Source: Intoshia linei (taxonomy: Eukaryota; Animalia; Orthonectida). Taken from it: a stretch of DNA of 33,087 bases. The notes below the pieces were generated by a model that saw only the letters and a list, made by a program, of their open reading frames with translations, was not told the DNA's origin and ran no database searches. Each line of letters opens with the position of its first letter. Position 1 is the first letter of the stretch. Below, one piece after another: positions 9,539-22,294 of the stretch. The translations under genes were made by a program, and so were the position numbers. Location: NCBI GenBank assembly GCA_001642005.1, contig LWCA01000310.1:1-33087 (forward strand). The letters are read 5' to 3'.

Positions 9539-12500
9539 TTATTTGTATTTTATAGAATTTGCATTAATAGAATCCATTATTACAGTTTGAGGGTTTATTT
9601 GGTACTTAAATTCCATTTGACTATTTTCAGGTTGATTGGAAATTGGATACGTTAAGTTGGAACTTGATTCGCAGTACGTAGGCATGTCTGTATTGTCTCT
9701 TGTTTCAATGTTTTGTGAAATATTGTATTTTTCCTAGTTAAATTATCAAAAAATGTGCAAAATGACATTGAGCTTAGAAATTTAAAATACAGAAAATCTA
9801 AGGCCCAGTTAAAAATGTAGTTTATCATCGAAAAACACTTGAAACTCCACTATTTAAATTAAAATAAAGGTATTCCGTAGACCCTTATCATTTAAAGTTA
9901 TAGGGTCCAGAAAACGTTTAATATATTTCGAAAATACTTTCTTACCGAGCTCAACTTGTCAGAAAAGTTAAAAATTACATCCAATTCAGAAAATTCCTCG
10001 GGATACGTTTTAAGGCTTAGTGATTCGTCTTTATAATATTGATTTGTAGAATATTTGAATTCAATTTCTAGCACCTCTTTCATCAAAGGGTTAATATTTT
10101 CGATGTTAATATTATTGATGGCTTTGTATAGTTTTTCATTAATATTTTTAACATCGGTAAGTTTCATAATAAAATTAGCAAACATGGAATCTGATACTGA
10201 AGAAGGATACATGATTTCAACATAATTGCGTAAGGCCATGGTATATTTAATTTGCTCGATTTCAATAGCTTCGCGATTAACAATATTAGGACGGTCAGGG
10301 TTAAATAAGGTGATCATTAATAATAAAAGTAATGTACAAATATCTGCTCCAATTTCATTTAAAATGTGTGAAACAAAGTCGATATATTCTTGGAAAATTT
10401 CAGGTGCAATTTGATGTAATACTTGTATAGGCATAGAGCAAGAAACGGGGTCATCATTTTTGTCTCTAAAATGATCGTGTTCACGTTCATAGGACATTAC
10501 TCCTCTAATAATTAGCAATTCTAGACTACCTCCTTTCAACAAAATTACTTGATCTTCTTGAGTTAAATTACGAAAAGCCGGTATTCTTTTAGACATTTCG
10601 ATAATACGCCTCATGCCAATTTCTGAAATGTTTAAAATATCCGCTATAGTACTGGCGTTACGAATGTTCAATGTGGCCAGATGGGGTATTCTGATTGACG
10701 CATTATAAGCTTTTTGTAAATTGGTCAATAGTTTGATATTGTCATCGGATAGTTTAACGACGTTGTTTATGAGGGCACTGTTTTCAATGTACACATCATG
10801 TGTAATGGGGCAGGTAGTAATTTTATTTTTGGATAGGGTAGTTTTTTTGTTTATTCTATTAACCCTAAAATATTGATATATATTTTATGATATTTACTTG
10901 TTTCTCTCAATCTTTTTTCTTTTTCTACATTTTTCGGCTTCAGATAAAATGTACTCTTTTCGCATTCCAATTGAAAAACATTTTTTGAGTCGGCAACGTT
11001 TACAAAATCGTCGATTGAAAATGTCCATATTGCATTTATCTGCTTGGGTCACGTCCTGGTTTGCACATTTAAAGGATTCCTATAAATAAAATGTAATTAT
11101 CATATATACGAGGTTACTAAAGTCTGGTGTTATTGAAAACAAAAACTCAATTTTTATTTTGAAATCTACCGGTAGGTTGGCATTTAAATTTATAAACCTG
11201 ATTATGCGTTTCCAAAATTTTTTTATCAACGACTTGATTGTACATTTTTTAAAAAACTAATGCAATGTAATTGTTGGTATTATTTAAAATCAAATTTAAA
11301 GTCAATATTTATCAAGACATCTTGTATCATGTCATTGAAAGTCGTGTTGTATGAATAATTTTTTATTATAGTACTATTTTATTAAAACAAGAAATTTGAA
11401 ATAATTAATGGTCCTACTATTAAAAAAAATTTATTCTGATAGAGCTTATTCCATTTGATATAACTACAAAATTTTAACCCCAGAAGTATATGCATTAGGG
11501 TGGACATATTTTTCATAGTAAATAATTATTTTCAGATTTTCTGGAGGGACAAGTGAAAATTTTGTTCGTTTCATTAATCTATACATCTGTACGAAATTTT
11601 ACAAGTCTACCATAATGTTATAGTGGTGCTCAAGGGCGGGAAATATACTAAAATTTGAGTTTTTTTGATTTTGATGAACGTTATGATTATAATAAAATGT
11701 TATTGTATTATAACAATCAATAATTATATTTTTATCATTCATACGTATCTGTATACCAAATTTTAGGAGTCAGCGTTGATATTAAATGAAATAGTAAATT
11801 ACAGATAAATTGATATTTTTATTATTGTCATCTACAAATTTATTTACTTTACAAAATTAATCTATCATTTAATGTTACCTACAAGATCCAAAGACAATAT
11901 ATGGTTAATTTGGTATGTTATGAAAGATTTTGCTTGCTATAATTTTCCGATAATGAGAGATGTATTGAAGGTTTATTTTTATCAGGTTAATAATAACAGT
12001 AGAACGTATTTGTTCTCTGAAATTTAACTGTAATGAAGGTTATGGATTTGTGGAGTACTATTACCATTCCGATTAAACATAAAAACCATATTATAATTAA
12101 GTTAAAGAAATACTGCCAACTCTATAGCCTATTAAAAAAAATGAAAATAGACGATCCAATTCTCAAATACTCTGTGAAGAAAATTTTATTACTCTTATGG
12201 ATAAATTTATTCGATATATCACACACAAATGCAGAATTAATTTGTTCTCATGCGTATTGAATACCGCATATTGCATTGCATTTTGGATTTTATGTCTGCT
12301 AATCAAAACGAAAACTTTTGGATCTTGTCCTATCAGAAATTCATAAATATTGAAATTATGTCCACCCTAATATGCATATGTGAAAAATAATTTTTAATAT
12401 AGTATCAACCAATAATTTTCAAATGTTGAATTAAAATGAAAAAAATGTTAATTGAACGTCTACACATTTCCAATTACTAAATATGGGTGAAAATCTATAT

Positions 12501-15500
12501 AATTGATTCCTTCGGTTTTTTTCATTGCTACGCAATTTTTGATTCTCATTTTTATGAGTATAGTATTCAAAATTATAATATTATCAAACTAAATCATTTA
12601 ATCATTAATTAATTAACATGTAGTTTTAAAATAGTTTAATAAAGAAGTATATAACCTTACATGAATATTCTCAGTAATTTTTCATTGAATTTTCGTAGAT
12701 TTAAAACACGTGTCGCGAAATTATCGAAAATTCTTACGTACATATGTTTACATACATTACGATATGTGTTATATATAGAGTAATTATTTCTAAAAATGTG
12801 TGTGTTTAGTATTTCAAGAACAAACTAGTCTAGGTTAATACCCTAAAAAATGAATGTATGAATGGATACATTTAACATTTATATGGCACAATTTAAAACT
12901 CGTTGGAATAAAAAACCATCCTAATTTTGACATTTTTTGAAAAACACATAAAAACTAGTTTCATTATTTATATCAGGCATTCTCAACTGGGTCCATGTGG
13001 ATACCAAAGGTTTTTTACAGCACTTTTTTGGGGGTACGTGAAAATTATATACATTTTCAGTAACATAAAGTCACTTTTTCATAGTTCGAAAAGTTCACAA
13101 ATCGTAAATTCGTTTTTTCAAAACAAAAGTCCATTTTATTTTCTTGGTTGTGGATAAATATTGATAATAACGCAATTAACATTGGAGGTTTCTTGAAAAA
13201 ATGAAAGTTGAAAAGTATTATTCATAAATATAAATTGAAATCAAAGGAAATGATTCTCTTGTTTTTTTAAAGAATTGACAACTCATTGTAGTTTTTGAAT
13301 GTTTTATTTGATCAATTGCATCATATCTTATTAATAAGGTAAAAATTTCCAATAGGTTGGCGTATTCTCCAGATTGATTTGTTTTTAGCTAGCCCAAGGA
13401 TACATTTATTTTATGATAATGATGTTTCATCAACATCGTTATAATTCCACGTAATTACGAAGATATTTCGAGCACAAATAGTAATCATATGGACTCCTTC
13501 TTTCCTGGTCAAATAATTTTTTGATATAAGGTATTTTGGAGGATTACCTTTTATTATCAGGTTTTATTTTGATATTTTAATGGGACAAAAATTCAGTCAA
13601 TATTCATGATTCTATGAAACATCTACCAAGGGATATAAAATATGTAGTAAACAATTAATAATGTACTATAAACAATACCTGAAAAACATGTTCCATTTTG
13701 GGAACATTGACGAGTTAAAAGTTAATATTAATAGTTCATCAATTTATCATATCGCAAAAATAGAGTACCCCATGTCTTTTGACCATCATTCGTTTCACCC
13801 AAATATAATGATTCATTAAAAATTGTCATTATTATTAATTTTTTTGGGGTCCACACGTTTTTTGTAATATCATCTTAGGGATCAACAGCGAAAAAGGGTT
13901 GAGAATGCCTGATTAATATCAATTATTTGTTAATTTAAAATTATTCAAAATAAAAAATAAAGCATACATTCAATGCAAACATCTTTTTTGATTTATATAC
14001 ATTTAACACGCAGTGTACTACCATTTGGAAACTATACAAAATAAAGAAAATCTTATTGCAGTGTTTGACAAACGGGCGCCCAATAAATTTTATGATCCCA
14101 TCGAAAAATTGAAAGCCAGCTCTACAATTTCATATGGCTGACTTAGATACCTGAAATAAGAATTAAACACTATAAATTTGAAATTTGTTAGCATTTCTAT
14201 ATTTCTAACTAGTGCATATGAAGTATATAACAGATAGTCTTAATATTCAAGAGAAATGCGCAGTTATTAAATTCATAAGTTATGAGATATAATTGATCAT
14301 TATTTTGGGGGAAATATCAGTCTAACAAAATGGTTTTCTTAATATCAATGAGCACTGAAGATACTTTTAGAATCTTTTTTGTGTCTTGTGTAACAGTTCA
14401 AAAACCAAAAGTTTGGCAAGACAATATTTTAAAATTATAGTAATTACCTACAAATTAAATTTGATACTAATAATGTTGCAATAATAATTTGTATGTAATT
14501 TACATGTTAATCCAAATAATGTTAACACATTTTATTATTTACTAGCGTCGTTTAAATTTACTTATTTATTATTTAGAATTATTCGTTAAAAACGAAACAA
14601 AAATATAAAATATTAACAATGCTAAATAACCCACTTTGTTATATTTAATTAATAAATGACACTTACATTTTAATAATAAACACTTAGAAATTTACAATTA
14701 CATCACTAGTTTAAAAAATTAAAATTTCTATAGAAAAATAAATTAAAATTACCAATCCTTTTGGTGCATTCCTTCTAAAAAACGCTTTGCAGGATTCACA
14801 GCTGATTGCATCAAAATTGTATCCTAATGCCTAGATTAAAACAATCAAAATACTAATACATCAGTACATGCGTTATACATTTTAAAAATAACACTCAAAT
14901 TACAAGCAAAGTTATCTCTACACAGGCGTCTCCAGGTATTACCTTTAAGGTAAAACCTTGCCCTATCATCTCAATCTATCAGATTAATCTTTTTTTTAAT
15001 TTTCGGACTGTTAATTATTTCACATTTTTTGTTTAATAAAATATTTCGGAAAAAAATATATATGAATACTAAAATGCTTTTTTGACCGTGAAGTCGTCAC
15101 TTATTCAGATAAAAATTTTTTGTGTGTGTTAACAGGATACAACTGTACCATCTGTAAATTTTTTAAATTCTAGGGTTGTTTTCATAAACAAAGAGTCATT
15201 TGGGGTTTTGGCCTGAAGATATATTTTTTAAATTCTCGATCTCGTTTGATTTTCAAAAAAAAGGACAATTGGGCTTTTTGACTCGTAAAATGTAAGTTTG
15301 GGAGGTTGAAATTTATTTTGCTAACACGCCCGGAAAAAACTATAATTGAAATGTGGACTTTATAAAATTCTAAGACTGGTAGTTATTAACATAAACGGTA
15401 ACACACACAAACAAATATTGCGTAGCATATATAAGTAAAGATTAAGGTATGTAGAAAGATATGCAGACCAGCGGTTTGGAAATACTGCTCTAAATTTCTC

Positions 15501-18500
15501 CAGCAGAATTCACTATTCATTTTGATTTAGTTGTAAAAAATTAAAACACAACTTTTAAAGCATTTATATTGTAATGAATAATTATAATTATTCTATAGGC
15601 AAATTATATATAATTTATATTATAATTGGAATAGTTAATTAATTTTCCATAATATTTTAAATAAAGTAAATTAGAATAAATTAGACATGAATAAATGTTA
15701 AATAATGATAAATTAAAATGTGGACTCTGTTTACTGTATTATAGTTTTCAAATAAATACTTATTAACCTGTGTCCCTACTTAAACTGACAAAACTAGCCA
15801 ATGAATAAATATAAAACTTTTCATTATGAAGACGATGGTGCAATTTAAATGTTTCAATTATTAAAGTGACCACCAACTTTTTGCACTTCAAAAACTGAAT
15901 TTTTTTTTCTTCTCTAAATCTTGAAGTCTCAATTGTGTCACATCTCATGAAAATATTGATATCGTGACTATTTCTTTTTAGCATCCTAGCAATTTGTATG
16001 ATTAATATATGATTGTATATTATATATTGACAATGTATGTAATATTTTATGAATGTCACAGACAGCAGTTTTATTTTTTCTAATATCCATTTATAAGATA
16101 ACGCCTGAAATTTTATATTTTTAACCTTTTCATACCTCACACCTTACACCTATGTTATTTATGTTCTTATTCTTTATATTATATGTCTATATAATGAATA
16201 CATTGTATCAATTATTTAAAAGAATTAATTCCTACAGGATTTTATTAGATCGATGGAGATTTAGAGTAAGAGTTAAAAATTAAAAAACTTTAAAAAATTT
16301 CAGTCAATTAATACAGTCAAATCTCATTTAACGAAAATGACCAAACGTTAAAATGGCATATTCGTTAACCCTTTCACTGTCTATGTATTCTATACTATAC
16401 ACAGCAATTTCACTTCACACGTCTACGTATTCTATGATATACACAGCATAATTTTGAAAAACTTTATTCTTTTATTTTCATACATTTTATCATAGGTAAT
16501 TTAAAAGTAATGAAAGCTTAAATTAAAATATAAATTACAGACGTGTGGCGATAGTACATAAAATTGCATCAGACAGTGAAAGGGTTAAAAGAGGTCATGA
16601 ATAATATAAAATAGCAGAAGGATTTATGAACTCAAAACGGTTGAAAACCACTGATCTAACGGTACAAATTAGCAAATTATTCACTAACAATTTATCTACT
16701 AACGGTGGTTGACTAATTGAATTTTAATTTCAAAAATTTGGAATAATTAATTTAATTAATTTTTAGATTAATATAATAAGAAAAATTGATTTATTCACAA
16801 GGTTAATGTAAAAATATACATTATGTATATTTGAAAAAGTCACACCTTACAGATAACGTTTTGTACAAAACAGAAACTAGTAAAAGAAATATAGTCAAAC
16901 ATTGACTTTACTAACAATTTACAAAAACTTTACTAACGATATTTCACTATTCATCAACGTTTTTTCAAAATAGATAAAAAATGTTTTAATGACTTTTTTA
17001 TATGTATCCTTTACTACATAAAATTGAATATCTGTGTCTGTTACCGTTTATTTAAAAAATTGACAGTCGTACGATTTAAACAACCGCAGTTTATAATACA
17101 GTTTTCCCAGAACGTGTTTATATCCATTTTTCAGTTTCAGAATAAGAGTCCTTCAGGGTAAAAAACCCAATTTGCCGTTTTATTTAAAAATAAAATAAGC
17201 CCAAAAATTTAATAAAACATACACTCTGGAACGCGTTTTAAAATCATTTACATTGTTGTAAATCTTAGCCTCAGAAACATACACCTTCATGGTCAAAACC
17301 ACAAATTATGTTAAAAAAATAAAACATGTCCTAAAATTTTTTAAAACATACATTCTAATTATTTTTTAAAATCATCAGTATTTTAATAAATGGCAACCTC
17401 AAAAAAGTGCATTTTCACGACAAAAACCCCATATTCCCTTTTTTTAAAAATGAAAATTAGTCCTACAATTTAAAAATAATTATAGCTGATAGTTATATCC
17501 AGTGAACACAAAAAAAAAATTTCAATCTGACAAAGTGACGACTTCACGGTCAAAAAAGAACTTTATTCATTTTTTTATTTCGAAACTATTTTATTAACCC
17601 TTCACTACTCGCAAATGATCATTTTTGACCCTGTTTAATGAATGAAATTTGGCTTATACGATGAATTAACAAATTGTAAATAAATTAATTTACGAGGAAT
17701 GAAATATAATACAATCCAAGCGACATGAAACGTTTTCTTTATTAGAATTGTCTTAAACTACAGTGGTGTATAGTTCAATGAGTACATCAATGTTTTCATT
17801 ATCTAGTATTTATAACGATACTTATATTTTGAGATCAATTTGTACATTGAGAATTATAAAAACCCCAATTTCTAATACAGTTTTTCGAGCACGATGTTTT
17901 AATGCAAGTTTGGTTTTCATAAATAGTCTTTTAGAGTAAAAAGCCAAAACTGCTTTTTTTAAAAAATAAAAATCACCCTTATCATTTTCAAAAACATAAA
18001 TTTTTAACACGTTTTAAAATCATTAATATTATCATAAATCACAGCATCAGAAACTTACAACTTCATGGTAAAAACCTTATATTACCCTTTTTTTAAAAAT
18101 CAAAAACACCTTAGAATTATATAAAACATACATTCTAGGATAGTTCATAAAATAATCAGCATCATCATTAAAAAAATTCAATAACTAATATTCCTACAAT
18201 ATGTAGAATTAAAAAAAATAATTGTCAAGAAGGGTCTGTGAATAATGAACATTCAAGCATTCGCGGAGCGACACTTCTAGCTCTTATCCGTTCATATTTA
18301 TAAATTTTATCTATGGTTAGGATTCGTAAATGATTCCAGTAATACTGACCCAGTATCCCAAATTAAAAATAAAATTACAAAGATTAATTAAAAATATTAT
18401 TTAGTATATAAAAATTAATGACAACATACAAGACAACTGAAAAATATTTGAAAATAATTGATAATTAAATATAGGTTAACGCACTGTGATATACTACATG

Positions 18501-19172
18501 TAAAATTTAGATGTTAGTAAATTCTTTTATTTAGACTAAATAAAAGAATTGAAAAGTTCGCATGTCAATGACCTATCGTATATGGCTATTTTGTACTCGG
18601 CATAAGCTATATTGCGTTCAAAATAAAATACTCCCTACTCAATCACATTGTCAGATAATTTGAAGTATATAGTACAAAATATGCAGCAAGTTTGTACATT
18701 GTACTGACAATTGATCAATGAAAATAGTTTTCTCATAAATAAAAATAAATCACCCTATCTCCACAGACCCCACAAACTTTGTTTTTATCTGTGCGATGTT
18801 TTTTCTTTGAATCATTTTCACTTGAATACATTTTTTGAGCATGTTCATCATTAAACGATTTCATATGGCAAGTCAAGTCATTTGGTAGGGATTGGTTAAA
18901 ATTTGGATTGAATTCCAAATCCGATTTATTATGAGAATCTAGATTTTTAAAACCAGACATGGAAATTTTAGAAATTTTGTCGGACAGGTTAATAGAGTCT
19001 TTAAATGAAAAGTTGGATGACATGTTGATTGAACGGGTAGACAGATCGACCAACTTTGAGCTAGCATCTCTATCTGACTCTTCAATATATGTAGTCATTA
19101 CTACCGAGTGATGTATCTAAATATAAAAATATAGTTTATCAGTCAAAAAAATACAGCCGAATCACACCTCAT
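9539..19172 (-). CDS. HR96: Nuclear hormone receptor, NR1J (HR96/DAF-12-like)
   Basis: Exons are 19172-19155 (tentative; alternative start ATG at 19098), 19116-18754 (...KVCGVCGDR), 14830-14753 (ALGYNFDAISCESCKAFFRRNAPKGL), 11079-10898 (second zinc finger, RRFCKRCRLKKCFSIGM), 10864-9946 (ligand-binding domain, KRIPAFRNLTQEDQVILLK, LFNPDRPN) and a probable last exon 9733-9539; without that splice the stop is at 9898. The P-box CESCKAFFRR is the NR1J signature. Confidence 0.9.
11496..12369. mobile_element. Non-autonomous hAT element, 874 bp, nested in an R1 repeat copy in a nuclear receptor intron
   Basis: TIRs are TAGGGTGGACATA and TATGTCCACCCTA, with a perfect 8-bp TSD ATATGCAT at 11488-11495 and 12370-12377. 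A solo end of the same family lies at ~2500-2537. Confidence 0.9.
12974..13911. mobile_element. Non-autonomous hAT (Charlie-like) element, 938 bp
   Basis: Perfect 14-bp TIRs CAGGCATTCTCAAC and GTTGAGAATGCCTG, with 8-bp flanks ATTTATAT and ATTAATAT (7/8 match). Confidence 0.85.
14975..15415 (-). repeat. Dispersed repeat family copy (R1 end joined to reversed R2)
   Basis: gaatactaaaatgcttttttgaccgtgaagtcgtcacttattc is the reverse complement of ~1611-1652 and ~17530-17570. aaacggtaaca at ~15392 is shared with 17036-17060 and 27298-27323. Confidence 0.7.
16369..16584. mobile_element. piggyBac-type MITE, 216 bp
   Basis: Perfect 14-bp TIRs CCCTTTCACTGTCT and AGACAGTGAAAGGG, flanked by TTAA at 16365-16368 and 16585-16588. 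There is an internal direct repeat gtcta.gtattctat..tatacacagca. Confidence 0.9.
17020..18160 (+). repeat. Long dispersed-repeat (R2) region with internal ~120-bp degenerate subunits
   Basis: ttaaaatcat...cctcagaaac...catggtcaaaacc...aaaacataca recurs at about 17240, 17365 and 18015. An inverted homologous block lies at ~26890-27345. Confidence 0.6.
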
Positions 19173-20437
19173 AAACGTGTGATTTTAATCATCATGTCGG
19201 TTAATTATACGAAATAAATTACAATTTATAATTTTACCTATGTAATTAAATTTAGAAACGTATATTCAAAAACTAGTAATAAAGTGCATATGAATCGTAC
19301 TCTTAACTGTAAATATAGTTAGTACACAGATCGAGTACTCCAATATACTGAATACATAGTAATTAAAAGCCTAGAATGACTACAATTTAAGTATCTATAG
19401 TACTTTGCCTTAATTCTTGTTTACATTACGCAACACAAATTTGCTTTCTAGCTCAAATATTCAGGCTCAGACGAATTTTCAAAAAATTCAAATTCATGTT
19501 TGAATTCCAAACATTCATGAAGCAATTCATAATAGGGCAATAAACTTCGATCATTTACACAGATAAACTAACCATATTGATTTTGCATTTTACGATCATC
19601 TCACTGAATAATTCTGGTTAGTAATATTAGTTGTGCAGATTGACTTGTCTAATTTAGTTAATATTTGCGTATTTTTTTGTTATTACGTATACTTATATTT
19701 TACATTTCCAAATATCAAAACTATGTAAGCATCGTAAATGTTTATTGTAAGACTGTTTGCAAATGCAATTTAATGCTGTAATTTTTTGTTCACCATTTGT
19801 GTAATCATGAACACTTAATAATCGAGTCCCAAATGTTAACTTAGTAGAGGGTTGACTCTATATCAGTATGGTCTATTTAATTAGCTATGTATGGAAAGCT
19901 TTATTTTGGAAAGTCCATTATTTGGCTCAGGATATCAACTTAGACATATTCATGACTGTCAACGAGAAATTCTGGGTTCTACAAATCACCTTTAAACACT
20001 TTTCTAAATTAGGTTAAAAATCAAAAATTACTCGTGCAAAAAAATATATAACTAGTAATTGAAATTTAAAATTCTAATTTAAGATTCTAAACTTGTTCGA
20101 TGTATCAATGTTCTACAATCGGGCTGTTGTTTAATCAAAATTTAAAACAAACAATGTAATTAAATAAACTTAATGCGGCCATGTATTTTACATTATACAT
20201 ACATACCAGCCAATAAAAAATTTCAAAAACTATGCTTAGTGCCATATATCATTATACGACTATATAAAGAGTACAATTCTGCAAGTCCTTACATTGATAA
20301 TTCCAAGGTTCAAGAGAATAAAATTGGTCCCTACAATGTACAAACCCATGTTAAGACTGACAAACTGGAAAATCAACGAATATTACGAAATAAAAACATT
20401 TTACTGTGTTAAAATCAGAAAAAGGCTTTTTTATATA

Positions 20438-21825
20438 CACTATTGGAAAAAATTATTGCAAAATTTGCATATTGTTAAATAAAAATTGACTAAAAACGCA
20501 AAATCTCGAAATTTAAATTATATAATAACAATAATATATATTTACAAAAAATGTATATCTTACAGTAAAAAAATTCATTAGTACCCACGAAAATACAACA
20601 TTAATTTCAGAAAAATTGTTTTCAAATGGGTCGATAATGAGACATTTAACACATGATGAAAAAGTTGAAATTCTTGCTCTATTTAAAGAAGGTAGGAATA
20701 GAGGTTACCTCGCGACCCGGTATAGCGTCTCCCATACCACAATCGGCAGGTTAGTATATCGAAATGATCCCAAAAGAGGCATAACAAGTGGTAGACCGCT
20801 GAAATTGAATGAAAACCATATTAATTTTGTTGTGGAGCGGGTTAATGAAAGTCTTTGTGTTTCATCGATTCAATTAGCTACTGAATGGACTGAAGAAGTT
20901 GAACTAAATGTATCCTCAAAAACAATCCGCAATTGGCTAAATGATCGAAGATACCATTCCAGGACACCAGCAAAAAAAACACTACTCCGCCCAAAAAATA
21001 AGACCAAGCGATATGAGATTGCTAGAAAGTGGCTGATATGGACTCCCCAAGATTGGAATAAGATAATATTCAGTTATAAAACAAAAATTAACTTTATTGG
21101 ATCTGATGGAATAAGGCATGTATGGCGAAAAAACAACACCAGAAATGAATCTAAAAATATAACGGCCACTATAAAACACGGTGGTGGTTCTATAATGGTT
21201 TGGGGTTATTTTTCTTACAATGGAGTGGGGGAGATACATTTTATCGACGGTATCATGGATTCTGTAGCATATACGCATATACTTGCTACAAAACTACCAT
21301 TGTCGGCTCGAAATTTGTGCGTGGAAGACTACCGTTTCCAACAAGACAATGACCCCAAACATACGTCCAGGCTTGCAAAGTCCAGATATGAAGCCGATGT
21401 GAACATCTATGGGCTCATATTAAGGTCAAATTGATAAATAAATGCGTTAAAAACAAGACGGGATTGAAACCAGCTGTTCTGGATGTGTGGAGGAATATAG
21501 ACGTGAGATTTTGCCAGAAGCTCGTCAATAGCATGCCAAGACGTGCTATGAAACTCTACCGTGCAGGAGGTGGTCATACGTCATATTAAAAATGTTTTTA
21601 AATTAATATTATATAAATGTGCAATACTTTTTTATATGTGTTAAAAGTCTATGAAATTAATATTGTATTTTAGTGGCTACTAATGAATTTTTTTACTACA
21701 AGATGTATTTTATTGTAAATAAATATTACTATGGTTATTATATAATTTAAATTTTGAGATTTTGCGCTTGTAGTCTATTTTTATTTAACAATGTGCAAAT
21801 GGTGCAATACTTTTTTTTAATAGTG
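20438..21825 (+). mobile_element. Full-length decayed Tc1-family transposon, 1388 bp
   Basis: Imperfect ~172-bp TIRs at 20438-20609 and 21652-21825 (CACTATT...AATAGTG), TA TSDs at 20436-20437 and 21826-21827, and an internal transposase remnant. Confidence 0.93.
20637..21589 (+). pseudogene. Tc1-type DDE transposase pseudogene
   Basis: The HTH region, GRPLKL, TIKHGGGSIMVWG and FQQDNDPKHTS are intact. The first catalytic Asp is lost (FSYKTK where FSDETK is expected). A frameshifting deletion follows SRLAK; SPDMKPM and EHLW then occur in shifted frames, and the C-terminus SMPRR...GGHTSY* ends at 21589. Confidence 0.9.
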
Positions 21826-22294
21826 TAATTATAATTATAGTTGCGTTTGTATACATTAATGTTCAAAATCCTAAAAATTTTCATAAATAGCATAAATTCC
21901 AGAAAAAATAAAATTATAAACACCTATTTTATATTTTTTAATGTGATAAATTATCACTGATAATATATATTCGATACCAATTTAATAAATACTTAAAAAT
22001 ACCAATTATGTATCAATAATTAACGGAATCAACAAAAAGTTAAAACATTTTTCTATTAGGTACAAAAATGTCAGATTTATAGATGTGAATTTTAAAATTT
22101 ATAGTTCAAAAAAACTTGCCCTAATTATTATATAACAAATTCAGAAAATAATTTTAATTGAGATACAATAATTTTAGGTTAGATCAGTGGATCATGATTC
22201 AAATAGTGTACGGACCTCCATTTCAAAATATTTATTTTTGTGGACACCAAATAAAACATGAAATATTAAACATTTATAACAAATTAAAAGTTTT

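Noticed and set aside
12033-12260. 75-aa ORF inside the hAT element
   Set aside because: No recognisable transposase motif; at most a decayed remnant.
15763-16140. 125-aa minus-strand ORF in a receptor intron (nested gene or alternative exon)
   Set aside because: It has a non-ATG start and no recognisable domain, and inclusion would break the zinc finger.
20173-20412. ORF containing KIGPY, reminiscent of a retroelement integrase GPY/F motif
   Set aside because: A three-residue match only, with no other integrase, RT or LTR evidence.
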